Under the pieces are notes generated by a model that had not been told where the DNA came from, searched no databases, and saw only the letters and a list, made by a program, of their open reading frames with translations. The position numbers and the translations under genes were made by a program. From positions 6,180,497 to 6,244,496 of the forward strand of contig NC_081387.1 of the NCBI RefSeq assembly GCF_030684315.1: a stretch of 64,000 nucleotides of DNA, given 5' to 3'. Below, piece by piece: positions 13,236-25,789 of the stretch (position 1 is the first letter of the stretch; the number at the start of each line of letters is the position of its first letter). The DNA is from Stegostoma tigrinum (taxonomy: Eukaryota).

Positions 13236-13734
13236 CGAGCAGTGTGGGCACAGGCTGGAGGCTTGAACAGAGTGGGGGCAGACAGTGGTCTGGAGATCTG
13301 GGCAATGTGGGCACAGGCAGTGGGCTGGAGGCTCGAGCAGAGCGGGGCAGTTGTTGGACTGTGGTCCGATGCTGGCAGTTAGCAGCCTGTGAGCCGAGTC
13401 AGACCACGTGTGGAAGTTCGCTGCACTGACCTACTGTAGGTCCCGTATGGAAAGATTGTAATGCATATCTTTTGAACATTATTCTCAATTTTTCCAGACT
13501 TATACAATTAACAACTGTAAGCAATGTAACATTTATTCCTTTCTTCTTCCCTTCGTTTCTGTAATCTGCAACAATGCTCTGGACTACAGTACTTTGTACC
13601 TAAGGCGGTGCCACAGGGGGTGACATTGAAAACTTTGTCTGTATTCCTGATCTTCCACACTTCAGTACCTGCGACAATAAAGGAAATTCCAAATTAAAAT
13701 TCTAAAATCAGTTCAGTGACCTCACAGCTGCTGC

Positions 13735-15418
13735 GGGATGGACTGAGTGGAGTGACCAAGGGGTCAGTGCTGGGGGATGGATGAGTGGAGTGACGCAGGG
13801 GTCAGTGCTGGGGGATGGACTGAGTGGAGTGACCCAGGGGTTAGTGCTGGGGAATGGACTGAGTGGAGTGACTCGGGGATCAGTGCTGGGGTGTGGGCTG
13901 CATGAAGTGACCCAGGGGTCAGTGCTGGGGGACGGACTGAGTGGAGTGACCCAGGTGTCTGTGCTGGTGGTGAACTGAGTGGAGTGACCCAGGGGTCAGT
14001 GCTGGGGAATGGACTGAGTGGAGTGACGCAGGGATCAGTGCTGGGGTATGGGCTGAGTGAAGTGACCCAGGGGTCAGTGCTCGGGGACGGACTGAGTGGA
14101 GTGACCCAGGTGCCTGTGCTGGTGGTGAACTGAGTGGAGTGACCCAGGGGTCAGTGCTGGGGGATAGATTGAGTTGAGTGACCCAGGTGTCAGTGCTGGG
14201 GGATGGACTGAATGGAGTGACTCAGTGGTCAGTGCTGGGCGATGGACTGAATGGAGTCACCCTGGGGTCAATGCTGGCAGATGGACTGAGTGGAGTGACC
14301 GAGGAGCCAGTGCTGGGGGATAGATTGAGTGGAGTGACCCAGGGGTCAGTGCTGGGGGTGGACTGAGTGGAGTGACTCAGGGGTCATTGCTGGGGGATTG
14401 ACTGAGTGGAGTGACCCAGGGGTCAGTGCTGGGGGATAGATTGAGTGGAGTGACCCAGGTGTCAGTGCTGGGGGATGGACTGAATGGAGTGACTCAGTGG
14501 TCAGTGCTGGGCGATGGACTGAATGGAGTCACCCTGGGGTCAATGCTGGCAGATGGACTGAGTGGAGTGACCGAGGAGCCAGTGCTGGGGGATAGATTGA
14601 GTGGAGTGGCCCAGGGGTCAGTGCTGGGGGTGGACTGAGTGGAGTGACCCAGGGGTCAGTGCTGGGGATGGACTGAGTGAAGTGACCCAGGTGTCAGCGC
14701 TGGGGTTGGACTGAGTTGAGTGACCCAGGGGCCAGTGTTGGGGAATGGACTGAGTTTAGTGACCCAGAGTCAGTGCTGGGAGATGCACTGAGTGGAGTGA
14801 CCCAGGTGTCAGTGCTGGGAGATGGACTGAGTGAAGTGACCCAGGTGTCAGCGCTGGGGTTGGACTGAGTCGAGTGACCCAGGGGCCAGTGTTGGGGAAT
14901 GGACTGAGTTTAGTGACCCAGAGTCAGTGCTGGGAGATGTACTGAGTGGAGTGACCCAGGTGTCAGTGCTGGGAGATGGACTGAGTAGAGTGACCCAGGG
15001 GTCGGTGCTGGGGGTGGACTGAGTGGAGTGACTCAGGGGTCAGTGCTGGCAAATGGACTGAGTGGAGTGAACGAGGGGCCAGTGCTGGGGGATTGATTGA
15101 GTGGAGTGACCCAGGGGTCAGTGCTGGGGGTTGGACTGAGTGGTGTGACTCAGGGGTCAGTGCTGGCAAATGGACTGAGTGGAGTGAACGAGGGGCTAGT
15201 GCTGGGGGATTGATTGAGTGGAGTGACCCAGGGGTCAGTGCTGGGGGTTGGACTGAATGGTCTGACCCAGGGTTCAGTGCTGGGGGATGGACTGAGTGGA
15301 GTGACTGTGGGGTCAATGCTGGCAGATGGACTGAGTGGAGTGTCCCAGGGCTCAATGCTGGGGGATGGACTGAGTGGAGTGACCTTGGGGTCAGTGCTGG
15401 TAAATGGGCTGAGTGTAC
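13735..15418 (+). repeat. 39-bp G-rich minisatellite (about 43 units) with higher-order duplications
   Basis: Unit GGGGGATGGACTGAGTGGAGTGACCCAGGGGTCAGTGCT. Confidence 0.95.
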
Positions 15419-15469
15419 TGTTCATGATAGATCAGTTGTGGGATTAATGCTTTGATTGACTAATCATAG

Positions 15470-15846
15470 TTTCAGCAGGAACATGGGCCCATCCTCACCT
15501 CATGAATACACAGTCCTGTTAATTTCTGCCAAATGAGTCTCCTCACATTCGCTATCGATGAGGGTCTGCCTCTGATCATCTCCTTGATCATCGTCACTGT
15601 ATTATGGATGCTGGGCTCAAACAGGCAAGCAGAACAAATAGGGCACAAACACACGATAAAGTGTTCACACAAATGGGCTTGTCCCACAGGCACAAAAAAC
15701 AAGCAGCCAGGATAATGAGATGTTCACACTCTGGTGTGAATGATGCTCGGTCGAGAGAAAATGAGTCCTTCCCGTGGGAAGCCCAGAACTGCCATCCAAA
15801 GACCTTGTACGTGGACAGTAAAGAGATAGGATGTTCCAGTCCATGA
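15470..15846 (+). pseudogene. Fragment resembling TGF-beta family (BMP/ADMP-like) prodomain end and mature-domain start
   Basis: 'LPLIIS.DHRH', an RxxR site (RIMR), then 'NCHPKTLYVDSKEIGCS' vs family consensus CxRxxLYVDFxEIGWS; disrupted and truncated. Confidence 0.5.
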
Positions 15847-16598
15847 GGTTAGATGTCCCATCAAAACAAAATTAAAGACCGAGCCGTTTAGCCATCTCTT
15901 TACCTTTCACCCACCCCATCCTATCCCACTTCCTGGGAGGTACCTTGGGGTAAGATTCAAAAACCATGGATAGAATTTGACTGTGATTGCATGAATATTT
16001 ACAAGTTCATTCATACATTCTAATAACGTAAGGTCCATGTAAAAAGTGCATAATGCCTCCTCTTGGTAACAACTCAAGGAGATCCATTTTCCCTTCAGAG
16101 GGGTGCACCTCATTTCCGTATGCATGACTAAACACCGGTAAAGCTTGCAAATTTCTTCTTCTTGTTTATGTAGGTCATGGAAATTTAAGAGAAAACCATT
16201 CTTTTCAAGAACACCATCACAGCTGAGCCTGGGTTGGGTTAAACATGGGGCATCCTTCTCCTCCTCCCCACAGTGTTTACAGACTTTAGAAAAGGAGGGA
16301 TGAAGCTGTTTGGCTTCTCTCAATCGATGTGAAAATTGAACATTGTCCATTCGAATCATTTCCCATTTGCTCCGAGCTTCTCTGATCTGCGGGTTTTCTC
16401 GTGCTGCAGTCAGGAGACCTGCACACAAATCCCATCAGAGACTCCCAGAGACTGTGCTGCCTTCAGTGAGTAAAATATCAGGCTGGCTGTATAACAGGCG
16501 GCTGGTCAAACATCCCCTATTTCAAACTCTCACCAAGAGATTCACATTCACCCCAGAGAGAGAGAGAGAGAGAGAGAAAAGTTGAATTCTGTCCTTGT

Positions 16599-16650
16599 GC
16601 GGAGAGGCCCAAGAAAAACACAGGGAGATGGAGAAAACGATCAGCAACAT
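16599..16650 (-). pseudogene. MHC class I pseudogene B, leader exon with dead donor
   Basis: MLLIVFSISLCFSWASP; homologous to the gene D leader; the donor GGTAAG reads CACAAG; intron 1 (16215-16560) homologous to 46695-47030. Confidence 0.85.
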
Positions 16651-17129
16651 TCTGGGAATGTACTGCCCCTCTTTCAATCAGACAGTGAGAACAAAACACT
16701 CTGACAGGAAAACAACTGTTGTTTTCAGACTGACAAAACAGAAATCCTTCTCTACCACGGCTCCATTTCACAATTGAGAAAGCATTTTGACCTTTCCCGA
16801 AATACAAGCTGCAGAACCAGAGTCAATGACTGGTCACGGTCTCAGTGAAATATCCAATAATGACATGATGAAGTATCTGTCACTTGTTACTGGGGAAGGC
16901 ATGCTCAGTCAGTTTCAGTTTCATCCTGTCAGAATTTGTCTTCCTTCCATTAGCTGGAAACAGATACGGGTATTTCTATTAATAGAGTTCCTCTCCAGCT
17001 GGGGAATCATCTCAGCTTGGGACTGAATGAAGGACAGTTAAGTGGTTGCATTGATGGATCAGTGTTTGAATTCTCGCTTCCCACGCAGCCAGGTTTAATT
17101 CCCAGCCAATGAGTAGTAGTCAGTTCTCG

Positions 17130-17640
17130 AGTACAGGAAAGCCATTGAGTGCTTGGCTACATGGTGTAAGAGACAACAGTCTCCCCATTGACATGAACAA
17201 AACAAAGGAGCTGGTCAGTTCTGAGGAAAGGTCTCTAGACCCAACACATTAACTCTGTTTTGACCTTCACAGATGCTGCCTGAACCGCTGAGCTTTTCCA
17301 GCAACTTTGTTGTTGTTCTTGAGCTAGTCATTGGCCACAGGAAGCGCGTTGGAGGGTAGACTCCTGGCTGCATCAATGATGCTGAGCTGGAAATGGTGGA
17401 AAGCATCAAGTTCCTGGTAGCGATGATCACCAACAATCGCTCCTGGTCCACCCATGTCCATGCTATGTTCAAGATAGCGCAGCAACACCTCTCCTCCCTC
17501 AGGAGGCTAAGGGAATTCAGCATGTCCATTGAGACGCTTACCAACTTTTATAGATGCACTGTAGAAAGTATCCTATCAGGATGAATAGTATGGCAACTGC
17601 ACTGCTGAAGTCTGCAAGAAGCTGCAGACAGTGGTGGAGG
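17130..17640 (+). mobile_element. Rex1/Babar-like LINE RT 3' fragment (interrupted by a mini insert at 17218-17320)
   Basis: VESIKFL...SWSTHV...LRRLREFSMSIETLTNFYRCTVESILSG; insert flanked by GAGCTGGTCA/GAGCTAGTCA. Confidence 0.75.
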
Positions 17641-17649
17641 TAGATGTGA

Positions 17650-19100
17650 AAGATGGGGTTGGTGATGAGGACTGTGATGGAGACTAAACCTATTGTAGCC
17701 AAAGGCCTGGTGGGGATCTGTTTAAATATGTCTGAACCTTGCCTAGTTTGGACAAAAAGGATGCAGAAGCCTCCTTCATTTCATTTCAGAAAGTATCTGA
17801 ACAAATGAAATGACTGACCATGCAGATATAGATGATTCAAACAAAGTTAGTCGGTAAAGCTAGCGAGGTGCTTGCCTGACTATCACAGGAGGTACCTGGG
17901 GAGTATGAGGAGGAGATCAAAGCCATATGTGCAAGTGAACCAGTGCCAGAAGCTTACAGACTACATTTAGAAATCTAAAGAGGGATTCTGGTCAAACTAC
18001 ATAGAGCTTCAAAGAATCAAACAAATCAACTTTGAGAGGTGCATAGGGACACTGAAAATAAATCAGATACATGGCCCTCTGAGAGAAACCATTATTTTGG
18101 AGGAGTTCAAAAATTCACTTCCTGAGGTAGTGAGAACTCATGTGGAACAACACTGGGTTCAAGCAGCAAGATCAACAGCAGAGATGGCAGATGATTATGA
18201 ATTGGCTCATAACTCAAAGTTTGGCTTCCAACATCAATTTCAATTTGTGATGTATAGAAACCAGGGAAAGAGAAATCCTCAGGTGGTAAAGGAGAGGGAA
18301 GTCTCATTGAAGGTAATAAAAGATGATTTAGCACAAGTTAATAAGGAGACCCAAGATGTGAAAAGAGATGTAAAAAATACTCAAGTGTTTTCACTGTAAT
18401 AAATTGGTCACGTAAATTGCAATGTTGGTGGTTTAGAAAAAGCACTGGGAAGATGAATGTGGTAGATCAGGATAAGCTAGTTGGGTTTGCTAGGTCAGTA
18501 AAGGAGATGACAGTGGAACTTATAAAGCTGCAAAAGGAATGTACAACATGGTCAGGGCTTGGCTGAGAAGTAAGTGCCAGATCTCTTTAAATATTGTACT
18601 TACATGGAAGGTTTACTGATGTGTACCGGGAGGACCAGGGAAAGAAATTAAGATTTTAAGAGATATGGGCCAAGTCAATATTTAATGGTGAGAGATGAGG
18701 GGATATGTAATTCAGAAGGAGTATTGACAGAAAAAGTTGTAATATGTTGAATTCAGGATGAGAAGAGTTTTGTTCCCTAATATATAAGATGAGGCTGGAG
18801 AGTCCAGTAAGAAGTCATAACGGGGTAGTCAGAGTAATAGAGAAACTCTTTGTTCTGGAAATACAGTTTATCCTAGGAAATGAGATTGATAGCTCACAGG
18901 TAGAAATGATGCCTCCTGTGGTTGAAAAGCAAATGGAAAATCAGACAACTGAGGTGTTACAGGAAATATATCCTGGAACTTTCCCTGATTGTGTGGTAAC
19001 AAATCACAAAGCCACAGGTTGAAAAAAAAGGAGAAAAGGTAAGGAAGTAATGTTCAACTATCAGAAACATTTAATCAAAAATAGAACAGGTGGAACAGGA
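17650..19100 (+). mobile_element. Gypsy-type LTR retrotransposon relic (gag with SCAN-like capsid, CCHC knuckle, protease)
   Basis: LEEFKNSLPEVVRTHVE...AEMADDYEL; CFHCNKLGH knuckle near 18386; ILRD(M)G protease-like motif near 18655. Confidence 0.75.
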
Positions 19101-19160
19101 CAAAGTGAATACTTTTTGTGAGGTTAGATCAGAACATGACACTAAAACTGAAATATATAT

Positions 19161-19385
19161 CTTTCCTTTCAAAATATTTCTTTCCAGCTTCCAGATAACT
19201 GTTTAAATTTTCATCAGAATCCCATTTCTCCTTCAGCTTCGCTGCAGAGTGATTTGATGCAACCCATCTCATTCTGGCTGGCCCTAACCTAATAACGTCC
19301 TTTCCATCAAATCCAAATCATATTGACCTCTTCACAGAGCCATCATCACTGACCTCAACCTAGCTATCTGTTGAAGTGTGAATTC
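19161..19385 (-). pseudogene. Orphan decayed MHC class I alpha2 exon (relic C)
   Basis: cag|GAATTCAC start; VEVSDDGSVKRSI*FGFDGKD...EKWDSD...LEAGKKYFERK; internal deletion, stops, donor GT>AT. Confidence 0.85.
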
Positions 19386-21454
19386 CTGTCAGTGACGAAA
19401 CCCAGATCAATAATCAATAATTAATTGCTAACTTAAATTGATAATTTAATTGGTCATTTGTTTTGATCACAGGATGCATTCTCGGGGATGTTGTCCAGGT
19501 CGTTCCTTGACCACTCTGTCAGCCTCCCTCAGGCACTGACCCATGATGGGACTCCATGTGTTATTTACGAGGACACTGTCCTCCATTGAGCTGTGAAATC
19601 TCTTCCCCTGACCTTGAGAGAATGGTGATGAGAAGAAATCTTACTGTTCCTAAAGTTTCCATTTCTCTCTCGTCGATGTAACTTTTCAAAAAATTGCTCC
19701 AGCAGTTCTGTTTCAATCATCATGAGGTATACACAACTATAATCAACAATTGCAGTTCATCTATTTCTCTTCTATATTCCTCATAATTCCCTCATTATAA
19801 ATTTCATCATTTAGAAATTGATTGCTGATTGGCAATTACCTTAATTACCTCACAGACCAGCTCAGAGTGGGCACCATGAGGGGAAGGTTGGTGTTAGATG
19901 AGCTTGACTCTTTAGCTGGGCCCAATCCCTTCCCCTTTCCTGATGACCAAGATGTGGGACCTATTCTGTCTCTTTCTAATTCAACTTCTTAAATTTAAAT
20001 ACAAGAAATGTTTTATGAGCTCACTTTGCTGCATGCCACATTTTTCTTTTTTAATCACTCATCTTTTCAAAGGCATTCATTACTTGCATTCACTGTTCTT
20101 CACTGAGCAAGTTGCTCAAGCTTTCTTCATTCTTTAAACACTTTTTAAAAACAATGTCAATATTATTCCAAACTAGATCTGAAGCAACTGCCACCCAGAT
20201 TTCTTGCTGCTGAGAATAAAAAGCTCATGAGAAATCTGATTGCTTTTTGGAGAGTGGAAAAAAGGGGTTGTTTTGCTCCAGGAGAAATGGAAAGTGTTGT
20301 CAGTGATCAGTGTATCTGGCAGTATCTCTGCAGAGAGAAAGAAGGCCAGTGACACTTCATCAGAACTAGCGCATTTGGGCCTGAAGCATTGAGTCTGTTC
20401 ATCTCTCTGCAAATTCTGCCTTAGCTTCTGAGAATTTCTAGTATTTTCAGTTTAAATTTCAGATTTCCAGCATCTGCAATACCCAGCTGCCCTATTATAA
20501 ACTTCAATGGCATTTATAAATCTGGTTAGTTCAAAATGAAAGTGGGAAAATATTTATCACTCAATGTAGAAAGTAATGTTTCTTTTGTGAACGTCTTGTT
20601 GTGTCAATAGAAATGTCGTTGTCAGGAAATTGGCTATACTTCAAGATTTTGCTATTTTTAAAGTTGAAAGTAAAACCAAGGTTCATTCACCAATCCATTT
20701 TGGGATTGTCTTTTGGGATACCTGTCTGAATCTTTTAGATATTGCAGTTGGATATTGCCTCAGAGCAGGTCCAAAGAAGCAGAGCTTGTTGCATCAATGA
20801 ACAACCAAAATATGTGCAAAGGTCTGCAAAAGTAATGTTTGTAAAGTGGGCCATACTTAAACCTAGGCTATCAAAGTTCTTTCAAATCAAGGAATGGATA
20901 GTCAAATCTTTTGTTACGTGCATAAAGAAAGTTCAACTCTAGCTCTTTGGCTGTAGTTGCAAATTCTGGGCCTCTAAGGGATCAGGGTAGGGGATGAATG
21001 GGGCTCACAAAAAGGGCCTATGATCCCTCTTCCCCCTGGTCATGGACCCTGGATTTCACAGCTGGGGGATGGATTTGTTCTTGCAACTCGCAGAATAAAA
21101 GAAATATTTGTATCAAAAGGCTGCGTGGTTAGCAATCGAGCAGCATAGAGCATTTTAGCTATGAGGATATACTTGGGTCATTTTCTTTAGAGCAGAGAAG
21201 GTTGATGGGGAGCTGGCTGAAGTGTGTGTGATTATGGGGTACATGGACAGGGCAGAGAGGAAACAACTGTTCCCCTTGGTTCAAGATTAAGGTGAAGGGC
21301 CAGAGGTTGAAAAGGGATTCGCAGACAACATTTTGCACCCAGACAGTGGTGGGAAGCTGGTATGTATGGACTGTGAAGGTAGTCAAGAGGGTAACCTCAC
21401 AACCTTTGAAAAGCACCAGATGAACACTTGAAATGTCATGATTATGGACCAGGT

Positions 21455-22320
21455 CATAGAGACATAGAGAATACAGCTTGGAAACAGACCCTTTGTTTCA
21501 ACTCATCTATGCCGACCAGATAAATTTCGTCTCAATTGTCAGCATTTGGTCCATATCGCCCTAAACACTTCCTATTCATATACTCACCTAGATACTTTTG
21601 AAATGTTATAATTGTTCCAGCCTCCACCACTTCCTCTGGCAGTTCATTCCATACACGCATCATCCTCTGCATGAAAAAGTTGCTCCAGAGGTCCCTTTTA
21701 AATCTTTCCCCTTTTAACTTAAACCTATGCCCTCTAATTTTGGACTCCCCTACCTGGGATAAGGACCTTATCTATTTACTCTATCCATGCCCCTCATTAT
21801 TTTATAAACTTCTATAAGGTCAACCCTCAGCCTCCGACGTTCCAGGGAAAATAGCTCCGGCCTTTCAACATCTCCCGAGAGCTCAAACCCTTCGGCCCTG
21901 GCAGCATTTGTGTAAATCTTTTACGAACCCATTCAGGTTTCACAACATCCTTCCTATTGCAGGGAGAGTATAATTACACATAGTATTCCAATAGTGGCCT
22001 AACCAGTGTCCTGTACAGCTGCAACATGACCTCCCAACGCCTATATTCACTGCGCTGACCAATAAAGGAAAGCATACCAAACACGTTCTTCGCTGTTCTA
22101 TCTACCTGGAACTCCATTTTCAAGGAGCTATGAACCTGCATTCTAAGGTCTGTTTGTTCAACAACATTCCCTCAGACTTTACCTTTAAGTGGATAAGTCC
22201 TGCGTTGAGTTGCCTTTCCAAAATGCTGCACCTCGCATTTATCTAAATTAAACTCCATCTGTCACTCTAGGATCGACTGAGCCATCTGACGAAGATCCCC
22301 TTGTACTCTGAGGTATCCTG
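21455..22320 (-). mobile_element. CR1 LINE 3' fragment
   Basis: CATAGAGACATAGAG tail followed by the reverse complement of RT C-terminal sequence. Confidence 0.8.
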
Positions 22321-23007
22321 GAAGTTCTGCAAAGTGGAATTTGTGTAGATGGGTCGACAGAGGCCCAATGGGCTTAAGGGCCTCTTCTGTGCTCTATAAA
22401 CGACTCAGTAATAATCTCTCCAGAAATCATATTCCTTTCTTCTCGATGATTCAGCCATTCTCCAAGATACCAGATTTCTTGGACATTCTTCCATTAGCTT
22501 TTACTTCCCGGCCTTTCATCAAAACCTCTAATTGTGAACTTCTCAGCTCAGTCTGAGCTCTCACCTCCTTTGAGCTTTGTATTTTCAAACACTGATATAC
22601 CCTGGTTACTCAAGGCTTGTATTCTCATTGACACCCCCCACCCCCACTCTCTCTCACTCCCTGCCTCTTTCCAATTTGAACTGCTTGTATTTCTCTGAGG
22701 AATCACTCTCAAAAATCACAGAAGAACAGAAGAGGCCATCCTGCCCATTGTGCCTGAACTGGCTGTATTACCGATTGACAATCTCCTGCCCTTTCTCCAT
22801 ATCTCTGTACAGCATTTCTGCCTCAAATAATCATTCAATGTCCCCATGAATGCCTCTGTTTCTCTGTCTATAGATGCTGCTAGACCTGCTGGGTTTCTCC
22901 CATTCTTTCTGTGTGTTTTTATTTTAGATTTCCAAGATCTGCAGTATTTTGCTTTCATTCACAAGATTCTTTGACTGATACTTGAAGAACTATCTCTTGT
23001 GTCAAGT

Positions 23008-23212
23008 ATACGAGATAGCAAGGTGTACAGCTGGATGAATGCAGCAAGCCAAGCAGCATCAGAGGAGCAGGAAAGCTGATGGTTCGGGCCTAGACCCTTC
23101 TTCAGAAATGGGTTCGAAACGTTAGCTTTCCTGCTCCCCTGATGCTGCTTGGCCTGCTCATCTAGCTGTACACCTTGTTAACTCAGGTTCTGCAGCATCT
23201 GCAGCTCCTATG
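23008..23212. mobile_element. Inverted pair of Penelope-like termini, 16-bp TSD
   Basis: ATCTCTTGTGTCAAGT at 22992-23007 and 23213-23228; internal arms are reverse complements. Confidence 0.85.
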
Positions 23213-23557
23213 ATCTCTTGTGTCAAGTGTCTGTGCTATAAGGCAATGACAGTGAGTGTTCGAAAGCTAACAGCTGATCTCAAGACCATTGCATCCACTG
23301 ATCACTCTTTCGAAATAAAATTGCCTCCTGTCTTCAATATTAAATCAAATGTGTTTACGTCATCACCAATCATTTTGTGGTGTTTATTAACTCCTATCAT
23401 CAATACTGCACTGAACATGTTTATTTCATCACCATTAGCCTGCTTATTTAAATGGTCTCAGCATGAAGCTCAATAATCTATATTTCTATAATGTTACCAC
23501 CCCTTTGAACAACAATTTCATAACAAAATGATACTATACAGTACAGTTGGGCAAACA

Positions 23558-24832
23558 GCTACCTAGAATACACCTCCTCCCACCCACCTTCCTGCAAAAA
23601 TGCCATTCCCTATTCCCAACTCCTTCGCCTCCGCCGCATCTGCTCCCAGGATGAGGCATTCCACTCCCGCACATCTCAGATGTCCTCGTTCTTCAAGGAC
23701 CGCAACATCCCCATGCAGTGGTCGAGAATGCCCTCGACCGTGTCTCCTGCATTTCCCGCAACTCATCCCTCACACCCCCTCCCTGCAATAACCACCAGAT
23801 GAGAATCCCCCTCGTCCTCACGTACCACCCCACCAACCTCCGGATCCAACGTATCATCCTCCGACACTTCCGCCATCTACAATCCGACCCCAACACCAAA
23901 GACATTTTTCCATCCCCACCCTTGTCTGCTTTCCGGAGAGACTGCTCTCTCTGTGACTCCCTTTGTCCGCTCCACACTCCCCTCCAACCACACCACACCT
24001 GGCACTTTTCCCTGCAACTGCAGGAAGTGCTACACCTGTCCCTATACCTCCCCCCTCACCCCCATCCCAGGCCCCAAGAAGACTTACCACATCAAGGAGA
24101 TGTTCACCTACACATCCGCCAATGTGGTATACTGCATCGACTGTACCCGTTGTGGCCTCCTCTACATTGGGGAAACCAAGCGGAGGCTTGGGGACCGCTT
24201 CGCAGAACACCTACGCTCGGTTCGCAATAAACAACTGCACCTCCCAGTCGTGAACCATTTCAACTCCCCCTCCCATTCCTCAGACAGTATGTCCATCCTG
24301 GGCCTCCTGCAGTGCCACAATGATGCCACCCGAAGGTTGCAGGAACAGCAACTCATTCCGCTTGGGAACCCTGCAGCCCAATGGTATCAAGGTGGATTTC
24401 ACAAGCTTCAAAATCTCCCCTCCCCCCACTGTATCCCAAAACCAGCCCAGCTCGTCCTCGCCTCCCTAACCTGTTCTTCCTCTCACCTATCCCCTCTTCC
24501 CACCTCAAGCCGCACCTCCATTTCCTACCTACTGAACTCATCCTGCCCCCTTGACCTGTCCGTCCTCCCCAGACTGACCTATCCCGTCCCTACCTCCCCA
24601 CCTACACTCACCTCTCCTGTCTCCATCCCTGCCTCTTTAACTTGGCTGCCTCCTCTCCACCTATTTTCTCTATCCATCTTCGATCTGCCTCCGCCCACCT
24701 CCCTATTTATTTCAGAACCCTCTCCTCCTCCCCCTTTTCTGATGAAGGGCCAAGGCCCTAAACGTCAGCCTTTGTGCTCCTAAGATGCTGCTTGGCCTGC
24801 TCTGTTCATCCAGCTCCACACTTCTTATTCTC
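23558..24832 (+). mobile_element. Penelope-like element family A, 5'-truncated (RT thumb, GIY-YIG endonuclease, terminal repeat)
   Basis: TSANVVYCIDCTRCGLLYIGETKRRLGDRFAEHL (GIY-YIG); pyrimidine-rich 3' region; degenerate hammerhead core near 24739. Confidence 0.9.
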
Positions 24833-25789
24833 GACAAATGTTACTGTCTTGTTTCCCCACATTCAGTTTTAATCCTTCACATTTACCTTCTCACATAATT
24901 CCCTCAGAAACAAACATCTCCTGCAGACTTTCTTTCCAAGGTCTTTTCATCCTGGCCTTCTTTTTCACTGAAGAACAGATTTATTTCCTTAATCAAACCC
25001 TCTGTCTCTCTAATTTCTCTGAGTTCTCTGAGTTTGCAATCTGTGGCATGTTACTGAGCTGCCTGTAAATCAACTTATTATCATGTCTACAGCATTCTTT
25101 ATTTTATGAAATTCATGTTCCTCCAAATTTTGAAACTAGTTTTGAATTCTTCCGTTAGAATCACTTCCCTAAGATTCTCAACGTCTTCTCAACCTTGGTT
25201 AATCTGTGCCATTTATCAAATATAATTTCCTTCCTGTCGAAAATTTCCACAAAACTCGTTTGTGTTCAATTCAAATTTCTGAAGTCCTGCCTTGTAAGGC
25301 TTCAAAGGCAGTCAGGCCAACAGGATTTATCCTCTCATTATCAACTGATCACTCTTCTGAAAGACGACAGTATACCTCCAACAACTTCCTTGTGAACGCA
25401 CCTTTACAGGAACACAGTCTGATCTTCTTTCAGCCACATTTTGGGACAACTCAAAATAAACTTCAACTCCTTTCTCACTGAATTTAGGTCGAAGTGAATA
25501 TTCTTTGTCAAACCAAATGCACAAGGAAGTTAATCTTGTCATTCTTAACTTTTATCTCTTACACAATTACTTTTGAGGAAGGTTTGCCAAACCTGAAACG
25601 TTAACTCTGATTTCTCTTTGCAGATGCTGCCAGACGTGCTGAGCTTTTCCAGCAACTTCGGTGTTTGTTACTGTTGTTTTGAATCTTTCTGTTTGCAATT
25701 GTCTGTCCTTTCATTACATTACTCCTCTCTTTCTAATTTCTCCTTTCTACTTCCTCTTTTCTCATTCTCATTTTGATTTGGAGTTAGTC

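Noticed and set aside
13735-15418. CRISPR-like appearance and several ORFs in the tandem array
   Set aside because: Contiguous units with no unique spacers, in vertebrate DNA; the ORFs arise because 39 is divisible by 3
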